A stretch of DNA of 64,000 nucleotides, taken from a virus. The stretch spans positions 234,573-298,572 of the IMG/VR virus record IMGVR_UViG_3300032132_000001; one strand, 5' to 3'. Within the stretch, counting starts at the first letter, position 1, and every line of letters begins with the position of its first letter. The notes beneath the pieces are model-generated. The model worked only from the letters and a program-made list of their open reading frames with translations. It searched no databases and was not told the origin of the DNA. Positions 1 through 10,619 of this stretch are shown here, piece after piece. Position numbers and translations under genes: made by a program.

Positions 1-848
1 ACAAATGGCATCAGTACAGCGTGAAACACCACGCGTTCCAAGCATGGCTAGACCATGAAGGGATCAGCGAAGAAAACGGATACAAGATTCCGGATTTCTT
101 CATCACATCAGATCAGATCAATCCCGATATGCGGGTTCAGATCCAGAGCGCAATCCAGAGTCATATCGACCATGGTGTCAGCTCTACTCTGAACCTACCA
201 GCTGGTTCCACGATGGATGATGTACACAACATCTATTTCCAAGCGTGGAAGATGGGATTGAAAGGTGTGACTGTTTACGTGGATGGGTCCCGTACAGGTG
301 TCTTGATCACCGACGAAGAAAAGAAGCGCCCTCGCAAGCGACCGTTAGAATTAGACTGTACGATCCATCGCACCTCATATAGAGGTGAAGATTGGCTCGT
401 CATCGTCTCTTTCTTCCAAAACAGTCCGTACGAGGTGTTTGCAGGGAAAGCAGAAGACCTGGTGATTCCAAAATCTCTGACCGAAGCGAAAGTGCGTAAA
501 CTACGCAGTCGCACATATGGCATGATCTATCCAGTTGCTGTGAATGGTCACTCCACCGAGGCGATCATCCCGATCAAGGAGTCATTCACTGAAGCGAGTG
601 GCATGTTGGTCCGCTTGCTTATGAATATCTCCCTGAGACATGAAGTGCCTCTAGGTTCCCTTTACGAGACTGTAGTAAAGTCTACGGACATCACCACTTT
701 CGCCCGCGTGGTGATGAGAGTCTTGAAACAGTACATCAATCTGGACGACACAAACAGCGGGATCCGTTGCTTGATTTGCAAGGGTCCTGTAATAAGAGAA
801 GAAGGCTGCTTCAAGTGCTCAAGCTGCGGTCACGCTGGGTGTGACTAG
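1..848 (+). CDS. nrdJ: Class II (adenosylcobalamin-dependent) ribonucleotide reductase NrdJ, C-terminal part; the gene starts upstream of the window
   Basis: An open frame runs from the window edge to the stop at 848. The motif GLKGVTVYVDGSRTGVL and the C-terminal Cys pairs (CLICKG...CFKCSSCGHAGC) are typical of the class II RNR C-terminus. Confidence 0.6.
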   Translation, partial: KWHQYSVKHHAFQAWLDHEGISEENGYKIPDFFITSDQINPDMRVQIQSAIQSHIDHGVSSTLNLPAGSTMDDVHNIYFQAWKMGLKGVTVYVDGSRTGVLITDEEKKRPRKRPLELDCTIHRTSYRGEDWLVIVSFFQNSPYEVFAGKAEDLVIPKSLTEAKVRKLRSRTYGMIYPVAVNGHSTEAIIPIKESFTEASGMLVRLLMNISLRHEVPLGSLYETVVKSTDITTFARVVMRVLKQYINLDDTNSGIRCLICKGPVIREEGCFKCSSCGHAGCD

Positions 849-1540
849 ATCTTAGCGCTCTCGTCAGAGAACCACTCTGACGAGATCTGGTCATATTCAT
901 CTCTTGGCATATGGCCATCTAACACGCCATTCTTTGCAATCTCTATCCGAGTGCCACACCAACGGTGCCGAACTAGTCCATTCATAACTTCCTCAGATAG
1001 GGGGAGTAGTTTGGCACCGTACTCCCTCATCTTCGTGCAAGCTATCATACCTGTGTCGTGGAACTTATCTGGTCTTTTGCTGATCCGCCAATCCGGATTC
1101 CCAGCATGATTTATAGCACTCATTTTGAAGAGCATACACGCTGGATGGAGCAATGTGTTATCTCTGAAGTGCGGGAAACCTGTCGCGTCCGCTTCTTGTT
1201 CTTCCATGTGCTGGTACAGCTCTGTAAGCCATCCAGATTTCACAGGGTAAGCGTCAGAATCCAAGAGACACACAAGCTCGGTATCAGGTTTTAGAGTATA
1301 CAAATACCAGTTCAGGGACCTAGCATGGCCGCTAGCGTTCTTAGGAAGTCTACGCTCCCAAAGATCTATGGCATTACTGTTTTTATATCTGCGAAGCATG
1401 GTCAAGGTGGAAGTGCCAGAGCCGTTATCGATTATTACGTGCTTATGTTGCTCTGGAGTTCTTCGATGAGTAGCTTTTACGCAGAGTTCCGCGAACTTGA
1501 ATGCATCGTGGACTACTGTAACAATGGTCACTGGTTGCAT
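845..1540 (-). CDS. Family 2 glycosyltransferase
   Basis: 231-aa ORF with the fold pattern ...HVIIDNGSGT... and a DSD (DxD) motif at LLDSDAYP, typical of GT-A/GT2. Confidence 0.5.
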   Translation of the reverse strand: MQPVTIVTVVHDAFKFAELCVKATHRRTPEQHKHVIIDNGSGTSTLTMLRRYKNSNAIDLWERRLPKNASGHARSLNWYLYTLKPDTELVCLLDSDAYPVKSGWLTELYQHMEEQEADATGFPHFRDNTLLHPACMLFKMSAINHAGNPDWRISKRPDKFHDTGMIACTKMREYGAKLLPLSEEVMNGLVRHRWCGTRIEIAKNGVLDGHMPRDEYDQISSEWFSDESAKI

Positions 1541-1605
1541 ATTTTCCTCCTACCACACTGTATCTTTACGCGAGTATCTGAAAACGGAAACAGGAGGCTG
1601 CAAAA

Positions 1606-2169
1606 ATGGCGTGGAAGCTTTTTGAAGTGATTGGCGGTTGGTTCCGCAGAGAAGAACGCAAATTCGGACCCCACGATGAAGAACTGGTAGAGTTCATTCT
1701 ATTTGTCTTCAAGGAAGATCCTGATGGTTGGGACTACGTAAAGCTGACTGAATCTGAAGGTCTGCTTACTTATGTAGCTGGAAACTATGCTATCCACATC
1801 AAGGATGGCAAGGTGTACCTCAAAAACGATCTGTCGTCACATAGTTTCTTCAAAGTGCTGAAGAAGAAAGAGCATCACGACACGATCTTGACTGCAGCTC
1901 ATGGCATGGTCAATGCCTACGCATTGAACAAGATCAGAGAGATCGGGACACGCCCAAAGGGCAGATGTGAGATGCTGGTCGATGAGCTTACCGACTTCAT
2001 CCGCATAGCGCTCCCGAACCAGTCTCAAGTACGAGCTAACTCAGTGGACGTCGTGATCAAGGTGATCGGTGATCTACAGATGCGCGCAGAGAGCGCGGAA
2101 AAAGAGAACGTACACATGCGACGCCAGGTCGATCTTTTGGAAGATGAGATCGAGAACAAAGTAGTATAA
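1606..2169 (+). CDS. Hypothetical protein of the 'EDPDGWD' motif family
   Basis: 187-aa ORF. It shares the motif hhxxhKEDPDGWD with ORF 30549..30878. Confidence 0.4.
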   Translation: MAWKLFEVIGGWFRREERKFGPHDEELVEFILFVFKEDPDGWDYVKLTESEGLLTYVAGNYAIHIKDGKVYLKNDLSSHSFFKVLKKKEHHDTILTAAHGMVNAYALNKIREIGTRPKGRCEMLVDELTDFIRIALPNQSQVRANSVDVVIKVIGDLQMRAESAEKENVHMRRQVDLLEDEIENKVV

Positions 2170-3681
2170 ATGCAGGTCCGCATCGTTGACAATCAGTGGA
2201 TGTACCTGGATAACCTGTTTCCAGAGTTTGAAGATGCTATAGATAGGCACTTTCAAGCAGAACATCCACGTAAGCGCTATCTTACCGATCCCAGACAACA
2301 GAGCTGGGACGGGATTTATCGCAAGTACATGAGGCGCGATCAGAAACTCCGCCTCCCCTTCCTCCAGGAGTTCCTCGGCTTATGTGAGAAGAGGAACATC
2401 CCTATAGATATAGTGGATCTGCGTTCTCCATCTCCTGCTCCAGATCCAGAGTCTATAGGTAAAGATCTATTGAAGGGTGTAGAATTAGAAGACTATCAGC
2501 TAGATTCTATCAAATCCACTTGTGAATATGACATCGGTATCCATAAGCATGTAACCGGTGCAGGCAAGACGGAGATGATGGCTGGCATTGCGAAAGTCTT
2601 CAACTGCCCCACAGTCATCATAGCGGAGCAGAGAATTGTTATTGAACAAATTAAGGAACGTCTGGAGCTTCGTGACGTCATACCCGAAGCAGGCTTGTTT
2701 TATGGTGGTAGTACACCTAACGGCCATCTGGTTGTCGTTGGCTCTATTCAGTCTCTCACTACTCCACCAGTCTCGCTCAAGAAAAAGCAACCGGATGCGT
2801 ACAAGAAGAGATACAAGCGAGCCAAACAGTTTCAGTCCATTGTTGGAAGAGCTGACTTACTTCTTGTTGACGAAGTTGACAAGGCCACGAGCAAGGCTTA
2901 TCAAGCTCTATTCCGATCACATTTCCAGGGGCGAAGGAAATACGGATTCAGCGGCACCCCGTTCGACAAGGGGAAACCTGTAGAGGGGCTGATCGTACGA
3001 GAACATCTCGGCTCTATCATTAGCCAATCTAGCAGGAAGGACGTAGAAGCAGCTGGTCGCATCATTCCTATCAAGTTTGTGATGGTCGCTTTCGGCGAAG
3101 ACGGCGAGAAGAATGATAAAACCGCATTCGACATCGCAGAACGTGAAATCATCATTGATAATGTTGCGTTCCATGAGAAAGTGAAGAAGATAGTCTCCGC
3201 TTTTCCTGATGATGGTACTCTGATATTAGTAGACACAAGCAACGTGACCGATTTAGGCCATGCATTGCAGGATACGATCCCAGATTCAGTCTTCATCTAT
3301 GGCAAGACCACCAAGAAGAACCGCAGGAAGGCCCTTGACGCGTTCGAAGCGCGTGAGATCAAGTGCCTGATAGGTGGGAGGATCTTGAAACGCGGTCTGG
3401 ACCTGGACGGCGGCGCAGAAAACTTGATCATTCTAGGTGGTGGGAAGTTGTGGTCTGACTTCGACCAGAAGCTAGGCCGTGCTGTTCGTCGCAATTCTCG
3501 TGGTTGGGCTAGGGTATTTAGTTTCCTTTTCCTTAATAATCACTATCTATATAAGCACAGTCGCGAGCACCTGAAAGCTGTAGTTGACATGGGATATAGC
3601 TCCAAGGTAATCTTCAGTGATGTTCAGGTAGATGGAGCGAAGTTCATAAAGTCTAGGTTTAGGAAGCCAAAACCGAAATAA
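2170..3681 (+). CDS. Superfamily 2 DEAD/DEAH-type helicase, possibly UvsW-like
   Basis: Walker A GAGKTEMM, DExD-like LLLVDEVDKA, SGTP motif III-like, and a helicase C-terminal motif VI-like GRAVRRNSRG. Confidence 0.6.
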   Translation: MQVRIVDNQWMYLDNLFPEFEDAIDRHFQAEHPRKRYLTDPRQQSWDGIYRKYMRRDQKLRLPFLQEFLGLCEKRNIPIDIVDLRSPSPAPDPESIGKDLLKGVELEDYQLDSIKSTCEYDIGIHKHVTGAGKTEMMAGIAKVFNCPTVIIAEQRIVIEQIKERLELRDVIPEAGLFYGGSTPNGHLVVVGSIQSLTTPPVSLKKKQPDAYKKRYKRAKQFQSIVGRADLLLVDEVDKATSKAYQALFRSHFQGRRKYGFSGTPFDKGKPVEGLIVREHLGSIISQSSRKDVEAAGRIIPIKFVMVAFGEDGEKNDKTAFDIAEREIIIDNVAFHEKVKKIVSAFPDDGTLILVDTSNVTDLGHALQDTIPDSVFIYGKTTKKNRRKALDAFEAREIKCLIGGRILKRGLDLDGGAENLIILGGGKLWSDFDQKLGRAVRRNSRGWARVFSFLFLNNHYLYKHSREHLKAVVDMGYSSKVIFSDVQVDGAKFIKSRFRKPKPK

Positions 3682-3707
3682 TATTAGACGACCTTCAAAC
3701 ATAATAC

Positions 3708-4337
3708 ATGAAGGTCGTCAGAGACGTCGTATTTCGGAATAATGGTATAGTTGTCTACTTTACAGACGACACCATATCCGAAGGCACATATAAAACAGTA
3801 AACGGGCGTCTCAGGCTTATTGGAATAGGTGGTGAAGAACGTGCTGCTCTGCAGACGTTCTATCTCAATCGGCATGTGAGTGCCGACGCTGATCTCCGAT
3901 TCTTCGGATTAGATCAGCCAGAAGGTGGTACGCCAGGCGGGCCCGGTTCTCCCGGCGCTCCCGGCACTCCCGGCGCAGGTGCTACCGCTACTTTCGATTG
4001 CGCAGCTTCCGTATCTGCCAACGATGCTGTGTCCATCGTTTCGTCTGGTACTGTTGAGGAAGCGAGCGCCGAATCTGGAGCCGGCCAAACAGGCGACGCT
4101 ATAGGATTTGTTCTATCTAAGCCGACATCTACTACTTGCATAGTTCAATTTGTAGGCTTACTTGATGGATTTTCTGGGCTGACCGTGGGAAATAATTATT
4201 GGCTCAGTCAAACCTTAATTGGAACAATCACCAGCACTGCTCCGAGCAGTTCTGGCGAGAAGATACAGAGTTTGGGAATAGCATCTTCTGCGACCGAATT
4301 GGTCATAATAGTGTCGCAGGGGATAGACATAGCATAA
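3708..4337 (+). CDS. Collagen-like repeat tail fibre/structural protein
   Basis: Gly-X-Y run GGTPGGPGSPGAPGTPGAG followed by a beta-rich C-terminus, immediately upstream of the large fibre gene. Confidence 0.5.
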   Translation: MKVVRDVVFRNNGIVVYFTDDTISEGTYKTVNGRLRLIGIGGEERAALQTFYLNRHVSADADLRFFGLDQPEGGTPGGPGSPGAPGTPGAGATATFDCAASVSANDAVSIVSSGTVEEASAESGAGQTGDAIGFVLSKPTSTTCIVQFVGLLDGFSGLTVGNNYWLSQTLIGTITSTAPSSSGEKIQSLGIASSATELVIIVSQGIDIA

Positions 4338-4350
4338 AGGGAGTTGGGAA

Positions 4351-7300
4351 ATGGCAACAAGACAATGGTTGGATATCGTCAATGGCAAGGCCATCAGAGC
4401 CTCTGCCACTGCCGATACCCTAGTAGTAGGGGACATCGACGGAACTACCGCGGACTTCTCCGGTGTAGTAGTTCAGTCCGGTGGAAGTCTCACATTAAAT
4501 GATAATATTAGCCTCCGATTTGGTACCTCTGGTGGAGAGGGCACCATTACATCGGATGCTTCTAATACAACCTGGGATATCGTTTCCGGTGATCTCATCC
4601 TGGAAATGGCAGATGACGCAGGTTCAAACAAGGTTGCATATCACGATTCGGGCAGTGTTGAAGTAGCCAGCATTGATTCTGATGGTAATATCCAGGGTGA
4701 TGGCACCTTGGCGATGGATGCTGCTACCGGAACCAGCACGTTCGCGCACAACGTGGATATTACTGGTAACCTAATCGTCCAAGGTACTACTACCACTAAT
4801 CAGTCAGAGACTGTAAACTATTCTGATAACCACCTGTACCTGAACGATGGTTACACCACCGTTTCAGCGGAAACAGGCGGTCTGGTAATCAACTACCTAC
4901 CGACAGCTACAACTGATACTGTTGCGGCGACCGGTTTTGTGGCCGGTGTTGCAGCCACATCCAACCCAACTGTTATCACAACTGGATCTGCCACGTTCGC
5001 CGTTGGAGATTTCATCCAAGTTTCTGGCGCAGCAGATCAGTCGAACGATGGTTTGTTCGAAGTTCTCACTCACACTGGTACTACTCTTACCATCGCTGGT
5101 ATTGGTCTCACCGCGACGACTGATGACTTTACTCAGAACCAGTTCGTAACAGATACGACAGTTCAGGGTGCTATCACGAAGGTCAACGTCAGCATTCTGC
5201 GCGCTGGCACAGACGGTCTATGGGAAACAGCCGTAGGATCTACTGCAGGCCCAACTTTCAATGACTTGGCAGTTGGTGGTTCTTCTCCGTTCCAAACAAC
5301 ATCGAACGTAGCGAACCTAATCGCCTCTACCGATAACCTTACCATTGGTTCTGCTACCAACCTCGCTAAGGTCGGTGTTGATGGCGATACTGACGAGATT
5401 CAGCTCCTAGTACAAGGAAACGGCACTCAGACTGCCGATCTGTTCGTAGTAGAGTCGTCTGCTGGTGCGGACTACTTCACAATCGACGGATCTGGTAATC
5501 CGACGTTGGCAGACGATCTAGTCTTCAACTTCGGTACTGACGACGACTGGACTGTCGGTTACGACGAAACAACCGATGATTCACTTGAAATCACAGGTGC
5601 CGCGTCTGCTGCGGATGTAGCTGGTACAGGTTTCGCAATCACCGGTTCTGACGGCGGCGACTCGGTTGCTGCTGTGGCCGGTGCTGGTGGTACTATTTCA
5701 GCAACTGCTGGAGATGGTGGTGATGCTGCTGACCTTGCAGCTGCTGGCGCTGGCGTCGGTGGTGGTTTCAGCTTCCAAGCCGGTGTTGGTGGTGATGGTA
5801 TTGGCGGTGGAACTGACAACTATGACGGCGCCGCTGGTGGTACAGTCCAGCTCACTGCTGGTGCTGGTGGAGTTGGTGATACTGGACAAACCGGCGGTTC
5901 TGGTGGTGGTCTAACGCTAACTGCTGGTGCAGCTGGTGCAGCTGGTGGTGGCACACAAGGTGTAGGTGGCGATGTCACCATCAACGCTGGCGACGGTCTC
6001 ACAGATGGCGACGTGATCCTCGGCAGTTCTAACACCGATATGATCCTTCTTGGTAACGCGACCAATAATACCGACATCACTCAAGTCGGTACTGGTCCAG
6101 TAACCTGGAACGGAGCTATGACCGCCAATGAAGGTGGTACATTCGAGACCACCGCTGCTGGTGTAAAAGTCACTGCTACACACGACGTAGCAGCTGATAC
6201 TAACCCAGCCATCGCAGTGACCTACGGTGCGGTAGCATTCGTTGGCGAACCAGATGGTCTCTCAGTAGACTTCTCAGGTGCCACATCGGTCACGAGCGCA
6301 AATGATTTCTACGGCGCTGAGTTTATCGGTGAGACTAATGCTGGCGCTGGCGATTCGGTAGGTATCCGGATTTCTGGGTTCGATACCGGCGCAGAAATCG
6401 CTGGTGGCATCAACCCAGTGGCAGACGATGCTGATACGATTGGTAGTTCGGGTCTCGGTTTCACGACTATTTTCCTCCGCAACGTTGATGATGATGGTAC
6501 TTTCGCGCTTAACGGAACAGGCGTGGACGTCGCTGGAGGCGAACTAGTAGGTGTTGACGATGCAGCCTTTGCCAATATTGTCGGTGATGATGTTCAGAAG
6601 GCGCTCGCGTCAATCGACGGGCAGCTCGCGGAAGCTGGTCCATGGGATGTAACATCCAACGTAACTCACCTTGATGTCGGCACAGACACAGTGACGATCG
6701 GATCCGCTACTGGTGGTGGTAAGCTTTTCGTTGATGGTGATGCTGACGAGATTCAGCTGCAAATCCAAGCTAACTCTACCAACACTTCTGACGTGATGAT
6801 TGTAGAGACATCGGCTGGAGCTGATCTCTTCGCGGTTGGCCTAACCGCAGCTGGGTTCCCTTCTGATGACTACCAAGTCATTTATGGTAGCGATGGTTAC
6901 CTGAACCTAAACTCTGGTCAGACGGTCTTCCAGCTCAAAACGCAGAACTCCACATCTGCCAACTCGTTCAACCTCGCTGCTGGCACTGGCGATACGAACA
7001 ACACCAACCTAGGTACTGGAAATACTGCGTTTGGTTCTGGTCAAGGAGACGGCGACGGTACCACATTCACTGGTAACACTACACTCCTAACTGGTTCCGT
7101 TACCAACGGTTCTGCAACTGGTCAGACCGGTACTATCAATATTCAAACTGGTTCCAATGCTGGTTCTGGTAGTATTGGAACCATCAACTTTGGACCAGGT
7201 GGTGTCCTTGCGCTCCAGATTGACGAAAATGCTGCGTCATATAGCACCAATGTGGTGATGCAAGACAACCAGAATTTCTTCGTTGGTACCGGCAACGATT

Positions 7301-8046
7301 ACACACTTGTGGGCACTGGCACCAACACATTTGTAACCACGACTGGAACCCACTCTCACGATAGCCAGGTGACCAGCGGCGGTGTGACCTACACTCTCGG
7401 CACAAACACCAGTGCTACGACGTTTGGAATTGCGAGCGATGACAACACCGTTTACTTCCAAGTCCGTGGCGATGGACGAGTGGACGTTTCTGATGGCACG
7501 CTGGACGTCCCAGCTGGCACAAGTTACCTAATCAATGGTACTGCGCTAACCACAGCGAATTACACCGCAGCGAACGTGGACACGCTGCTAGACGGAAGTG
7601 ATGCGAGTGCGCTGCACACCCACGCCAGCGCTCCAGCTATGGTCATCAGTGGTCTTACTACCACTGCTATGGCGGCAGCTAACAGAATCGCCTACTTCAG
7701 CGCCGCTGATACAGTAGACGATGCTCTTGCTGATGGCACTGGAATCCAGTCCCATGCGGTTGGTGTTTACACTGGTACAAGTGGCGAGATCCAGACTGGC
7801 GGTGTGGTCACAATTGACTTCACCACAGATGGTGGGTCGCCTTCCAACGGCGACTGTGTTTTCTTGGCACTAGCCTCCGAAGACACCAGCACCGGTACTG
7901 GTAAGGCTACTGGAACGGCTCCTGCTGGTCCCGGCGAGTTCATCGCATGCATCGGTACGGTACAGAGCAACGCAAACTATGCAGGTTCCAAGACCTGTGA
8001 GGTATTGCTCAACATGCCGATCTGCTGGGCAATTGAAATCGCCTAA
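4351..8046 (+). CDS. Large tail fibre / receptor-binding structural protein (1231 aa)
   Basis: Thr/Gly/Asn-rich beta-repeats. There is an internal duplication (TIGSATNLAKVGVDGDTDEIQLLVQGNG... vs TIGSATGGGKLFVDGDADEIQLQIQANS...) and a Gly-rich (GxxGG)n block at 5640-6000. Antisense ORFs here are low-complexity shadows. Confidence 0.6.
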   Translation: MATRQWLDIVNGKAIRASATADTLVVGDIDGTTADFSGVVVQSGGSLTLNDNISLRFGTSGGEGTITSDASNTTWDIVSGDLILEMADDAGSNKVAYHDSGSVEVASIDSDGNIQGDGTLAMDAATGTSTFAHNVDITGNLIVQGTTTTNQSETVNYSDNHLYLNDGYTTVSAETGGLVINYLPTATTDTVAATGFVAGVAATSNPTVITTGSATFAVGDFIQVSGAADQSNDGLFEVLTHTGTTLTIAGIGLTATTDDFTQNQFVTDTTVQGAITKVNVSILRAGTDGLWETAVGSTAGPTFNDLAVGGSSPFQTTSNVANLIASTDNLTIGSATNLAKVGVDGDTDEIQLLVQGNGTQTADLFVVESSAGADYFTIDGSGNPTLADDLVFNFGTDDDWTVGYDETTDDSLEITGAASAADVAGTGFAITGSDGGDSVAAVAGAGGTISATAGDGGDAADLAAAGAGVGGGFSFQAGVGGDGIGGGTDNYDGAAGGTVQLTAGAGGVGDTGQTGGSGGGLTLTAGAAGAAGGGTQGVGGDVTINAGDGLTDGDVILGSSNTDMILLGNATNNTDITQVGTGPVTWNGAMTANEGGTFETTAAGVKVTATHDVAADTNPAIAVTYGAVAFVGEPDGLSVDFSGATSVTSANDFYGAEFIGETNAGAGDSVGIRISGFDTGAEIAGGINPVADDADTIGSSGLGFTTIFLRNVDDDGTFALNGTGVDVAGGELVGVDDAAFANIVGDDVQKALASIDGQLAEAGPWDVTSNVTHLDVGTDTVTIGSATGGGKLFVDGDADEIQLQIQANSTNTSDVMIVETSAGADLFAVGLTAAGFPSDDYQVIYGSDGYLNLNSGQTVFQLKTQNSTSANSFNLAAGTGDTNNTNLGTGNTAFGSGQGDGDGTTFTGNTTLLTGSVTNGSATGQTGTINIQTGSNAGSGSIGTINFGPGGVLALQIDENAASYSTNVVMQDNQNFFVGTGNDYTLVGTGTNTFVTTTGTHSHDSQVTSGGVTYTLGTNTSATTFGIASDDNTVYFQVRGDGRVDVSDGTLDVPAGTSYLINGTALTTANYTAANVDTLLDGSDASALHTHASAPAMVISGLTTTAMAAANRIAYFSAADTVDDALADGTGIQSHAVGVYTGTSGEIQTGGVVTIDFTTDGGSPSNGDCVFLALASEDTSTGTGKATGTAPAGPGEFIACIGTVQSNANYAGSKTCEVLLNMPICWAIEIA

Positions 8047-8057
8047 TCCAAAAGTAA

Positions 8058-8095
8058 ATAGCCCAGAGGATCATTTCCTCTGGGCTATTTTCATA
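8058..8095 (+). terminator. Rho-independent terminator after the tail fibre gene
   Basis: Hairpin AGCCCAGAGGA-tcatt-TCCTCTGGGCT followed by ATTTTCAT. Confidence 0.55.
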
Positions 8096-8105
8096 GGATA
8101 CAGCG

Positions 8106-8441
8106 ATGCCGACCAAGAAGAAACCTGCGAAGAAAAAAGCGCGTAGCAGGCGCTCTACTGTAGAGACCGAAGTCGGTCACATCGTAGAGTTGACCGACAC
8201 TCAGGTAAAAACACTAGTTGAACTAAATAATCAGCTAGCATCTATTCGATCTAACACTGGCATTCTTCAGTTGGAACACCTGAAGAAAATGAGGAGCCTC
8301 TTAGATGAGGCTATCCTAATGGAAGAGAAGCTACGCTCTTCTATCCATCGATTTGGCAGAACAAAGAAGATCAACATGAACGTTGATGGTCATAACTGGC
8401 GAGTTGACTTCAGCAAGAAGCACATCATCCGCACTAAGTGA
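8106..8441 (+). CDS. Hypothetical protein with a basic N-terminus
   Basis: 111-aa ORF with a KKKPAKKKARSRR N-terminus. Confidence 0.35.
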   Translation: MPTKKKPAKKKARSRRSTVETEVGHIVELTDTQVKTLVELNNQLASIRSNTGILQLEHLKKMRSLLDEAILMEEKLRSSIHRFGRTKKINMNVDGHNWRVDFSKKHIIRTK

Positions 8442-8654
8442 TACGCTTCGCGACCTCTTTCGACACTTTGTCGGCCATCTCTTTATCAGTGGCATTCCAC
8501 TGCAACTGAATGCCGTTCACGATAAACGTGAATGAGTTGTTATTTCTCTTATATGCGTCGATACTGCTATACTTTATTAATGTCTCATAGGTTGCCTCAC
8601 TATCATTGACGATAGTGAGGACCATGAACCTTTTATCGACTCGAACGTTCGATT

Positions 8655-8870
8655 TCATTTCCCTTTCCCCAGCGCCGATTCGGCAACCTTCACGGCCGAC
8701 TCTATATCTGCACAGTTAATTATCTTCTTTAGCGCTCCTCGCTGCTTGTAGTCAGTATAGATCGCAGCGATAACCAAAGCGATCAAAAAGAAGAAACCTA
8801 GACCTACCATAGTAAGGATAATGTCCAAGGAACTAGGGTCTATAGATAGCACAATCTTCTCTTTATCCAT
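8655..8870 (-). CDS. Small membrane protein
   Basis: 71 aa with one clear TM helix (LGFFFLIALVIAAIY). The neighbouring 8434..8658 (-) ORF is possibly co-transcribed. Confidence 0.3.
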   Translation of the reverse strand: MDKEKIVLSIDPSSLDIILTMVGLGFFFLIALVIAAIYTDYKQRGALKKIINCADIESAVKVAESALGKGK

Positions 8871-8875
8871 GCTGT

Positions 8876-9724
8876 ATGTTTGATATGTTAGCTGAGAAGA
8901 ATATTATAAGTACATATGATGGACTAAATCGAGGATATCTGATGGCGAAGAAAAGGGTCAATAAGTCTACCAATACTATAGAGCCAAAAGAAGGCGAGCC
9001 GGGGTATATTCATCCTCGGGACGAAGCCCGAGTCAAGGGCTATTATTTTGACAATTATCACGTCGAGCAGCTTATGACAGGCTATGTGCAAGGCGGCTGC
9101 ACGGACCGTTGTAAACGCGACGAGATAATGAGCCATGCTACAGAGCTGATCCGTCAGATTATACGAACACACAACTTCCATGAGATATATCCAGGTCACG
9201 ACCCAGCTTCTTTCGGTGACCTTGAACAAGTAGCTTGGTGTCAGATTGAGTCCACGCTGTACAAATTCGACTGGAGCCCCGGCCACACCAAAGTCTTCAA
9301 TATGTGGAGCCAGATCGCCAAGACAGTAATACTAGCTTATATCAAGAAAGAAACCAGGGACCGCAAGAACTACTCGACTTACAAAAAGCACCTCAACAGT
9401 AAGAGAATCAAGAAAGACTACAAGTTCGCCAGATTTGTTGAAGAGTTGAAGAAGATCTGTGAGCTAAATGGCGAACATGAAGCGATAATCACATCTCTCC
9501 AACAATTATACGATACAGATGATAGGCCATACGATGGCCTTATTGGGAAGTTAGTCAAGATCTCTGGTCTATCCCGTTCTAGGATATCGAATTTCCTCAA
9601 GTATGTCCGTCTGCGTCAAAGCGATTTCACTGATTCTCCTCACAACGATGAAGCGAGGAAGGAACAGATGAAAGCATATGATGGTAGACGGAAAATATAC
9701 AATATAGAGGATGACGATGACTGA
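8876..9724 (+). CDS. gp55-like late-transcription sigma factor (extended form)
   Basis: The segment HTKVFNMWSQIAKTVILAYIKKETRDRKNYSTYKK resembles the T4 gp55 region [32 protein letters not shown]. It lies upstream of the packaging/head module. Confidence 0.5.
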   Translation: MFDMLAEKNIISTYDGLNRGYLMAKKRVNKSTNTIEPKEGEPGYIHPRDEARVKGYYFDNYHVEQLMTGYVQGGCTDRCKRDEIMSHATELIRQIIRTHNFHEIYPGHDPASFGDLEQVAWCQIESTLYKFDWSPGHTKVFNMWSQIAKTVILAYIKKETRDRKNYSTYKKHLNSKRIKKDYKFARFVEELKKICELNGEHEAIITSLQQLYDTDDRPYDGLIGKLVKISGLSRSRISNFLKYVRLRQSDFTDSPHNDEARKEQMKAYDGRRKIYNIEDDDD

Positions 9725-10619
9725 ACCAGAAGACTTTACCAAAGAATTCAGTGTCCACTCTCAAGAGTTTGCGCTCGTGGACGCATCTGTGCTAGACACT
9801 TGCCAGAGCCCTCTGGCAAAAAAGGCGATTAGGGTGCCACTAAAGCACGCAGATGTTATCCTAAGCGTCACGGCAGAATACGACGATACCATTTTGCGTA
9901 ATCTGACTATTAAGCCTGCTCAGAGCGACGTGGACCCGAAGGAAATCAAAACCAAGGCTCATAAACCCAATAAGGAGATAGGAAAAGGGCTGGAACCAGG
10001 TGAAGAAGACGATACCACACAACACCTGGTCGGCGAGAAGCGTGAAGCCGGCAACATTCCCACTACAAAGCGAGGGAAAGACCAATCTTCTACTCATAAA
10101 TCACTCCGGAAGCATTCATCTTGGGCGGAGAGAAATAAAATGCGTGGTAACATGGAATATCCTGGTCGCACCCGCCAGCCACACAACCGTGGTGGTGGGA
10201 CAGCAAATGCACCAAGCAAGCGCCAAAAAAGCCGACAAGGCAAGCGCCTACACAAAGGCAAGAAGCAGAGAAGCTCAAGCCTTGCAGATCTAGTACTCAA
10301 TCTAATGAAGACCGGAAAAGCAGTAACACCAGAAGATCTTCAGAAGGTCGAGGATAAGGATATTCTGCTTGAGTCGCTAAATATGTTGCTTGCTATGACA
10401 ATGAACGGCTGGGAAGTCAAGGGCAATATAATCACAAATGGAAATCACGTCCTAAGAGAAAGTGATTGGGATGTAGAGGAAGGATTTATCGTCGGCTGTG
10501 AGAATCTCTCGTTCGATTTCGACTGGATCTATGACACTAGAAGAACGCTAGACAAGGTGATCGTAGAAGAGCGAGAGAAGAATGTGGCTATGTTGTTGGA
10601 GTCAGTCGATGGCAGATGA
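9711..10619 (+). CDS. Hypothetical protein with a basic, low-complexity centre
   Basis: 302-aa ORF overlapping the previous gene's stop. The internal antisense/alternate-frame ORFs at 10000-10300 are probably artefacts. Confidence 0.4.
   Translation: MTMTEPEDFTKEFSVHSQEFALVDASVLDTCQSPLAKKAIRVPLKHADVILSVTAEYDDTILRNLTIKPAQSDVDPKEIKTKAHKPNKEIGKGLEPGEEDDTTQHLVGEKREAGNIPTTKRGKDQSSTHKSLRKHSSWAERNKMRGNMEYPGRTRQPHNRGGGTANAPSKRQKSRQGKRLHKGKKQRSSSLADLVLNLMKTGKAVTPEDLQKVEDKDILLESLNMLLAMTMNGWEVKGNIITNGNHVLRESDWDVEEGFIVGCENLSFDFDWIYDTRRTLDKVIVEEREKNVAMLLESVDGR

Noticed and set aside
2157-2168. TAGTATAAATG resembling the T4 late-promoter TATAAATA
   Set aside because: It overlaps the stop and start codons of adjacent genes, leaving no room for a transcription start. 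It is likely coincidental.
5559-6183. Several minus-strand ORFs (5559..5819, 5820..6080, 5917..6183 and others) inside the tail-fibre gene
   Set aside because: They are Pro/Ala/Ser-rich low-complexity translations antisense to a Gly-rich coding repeat. These are shadow ORFs.
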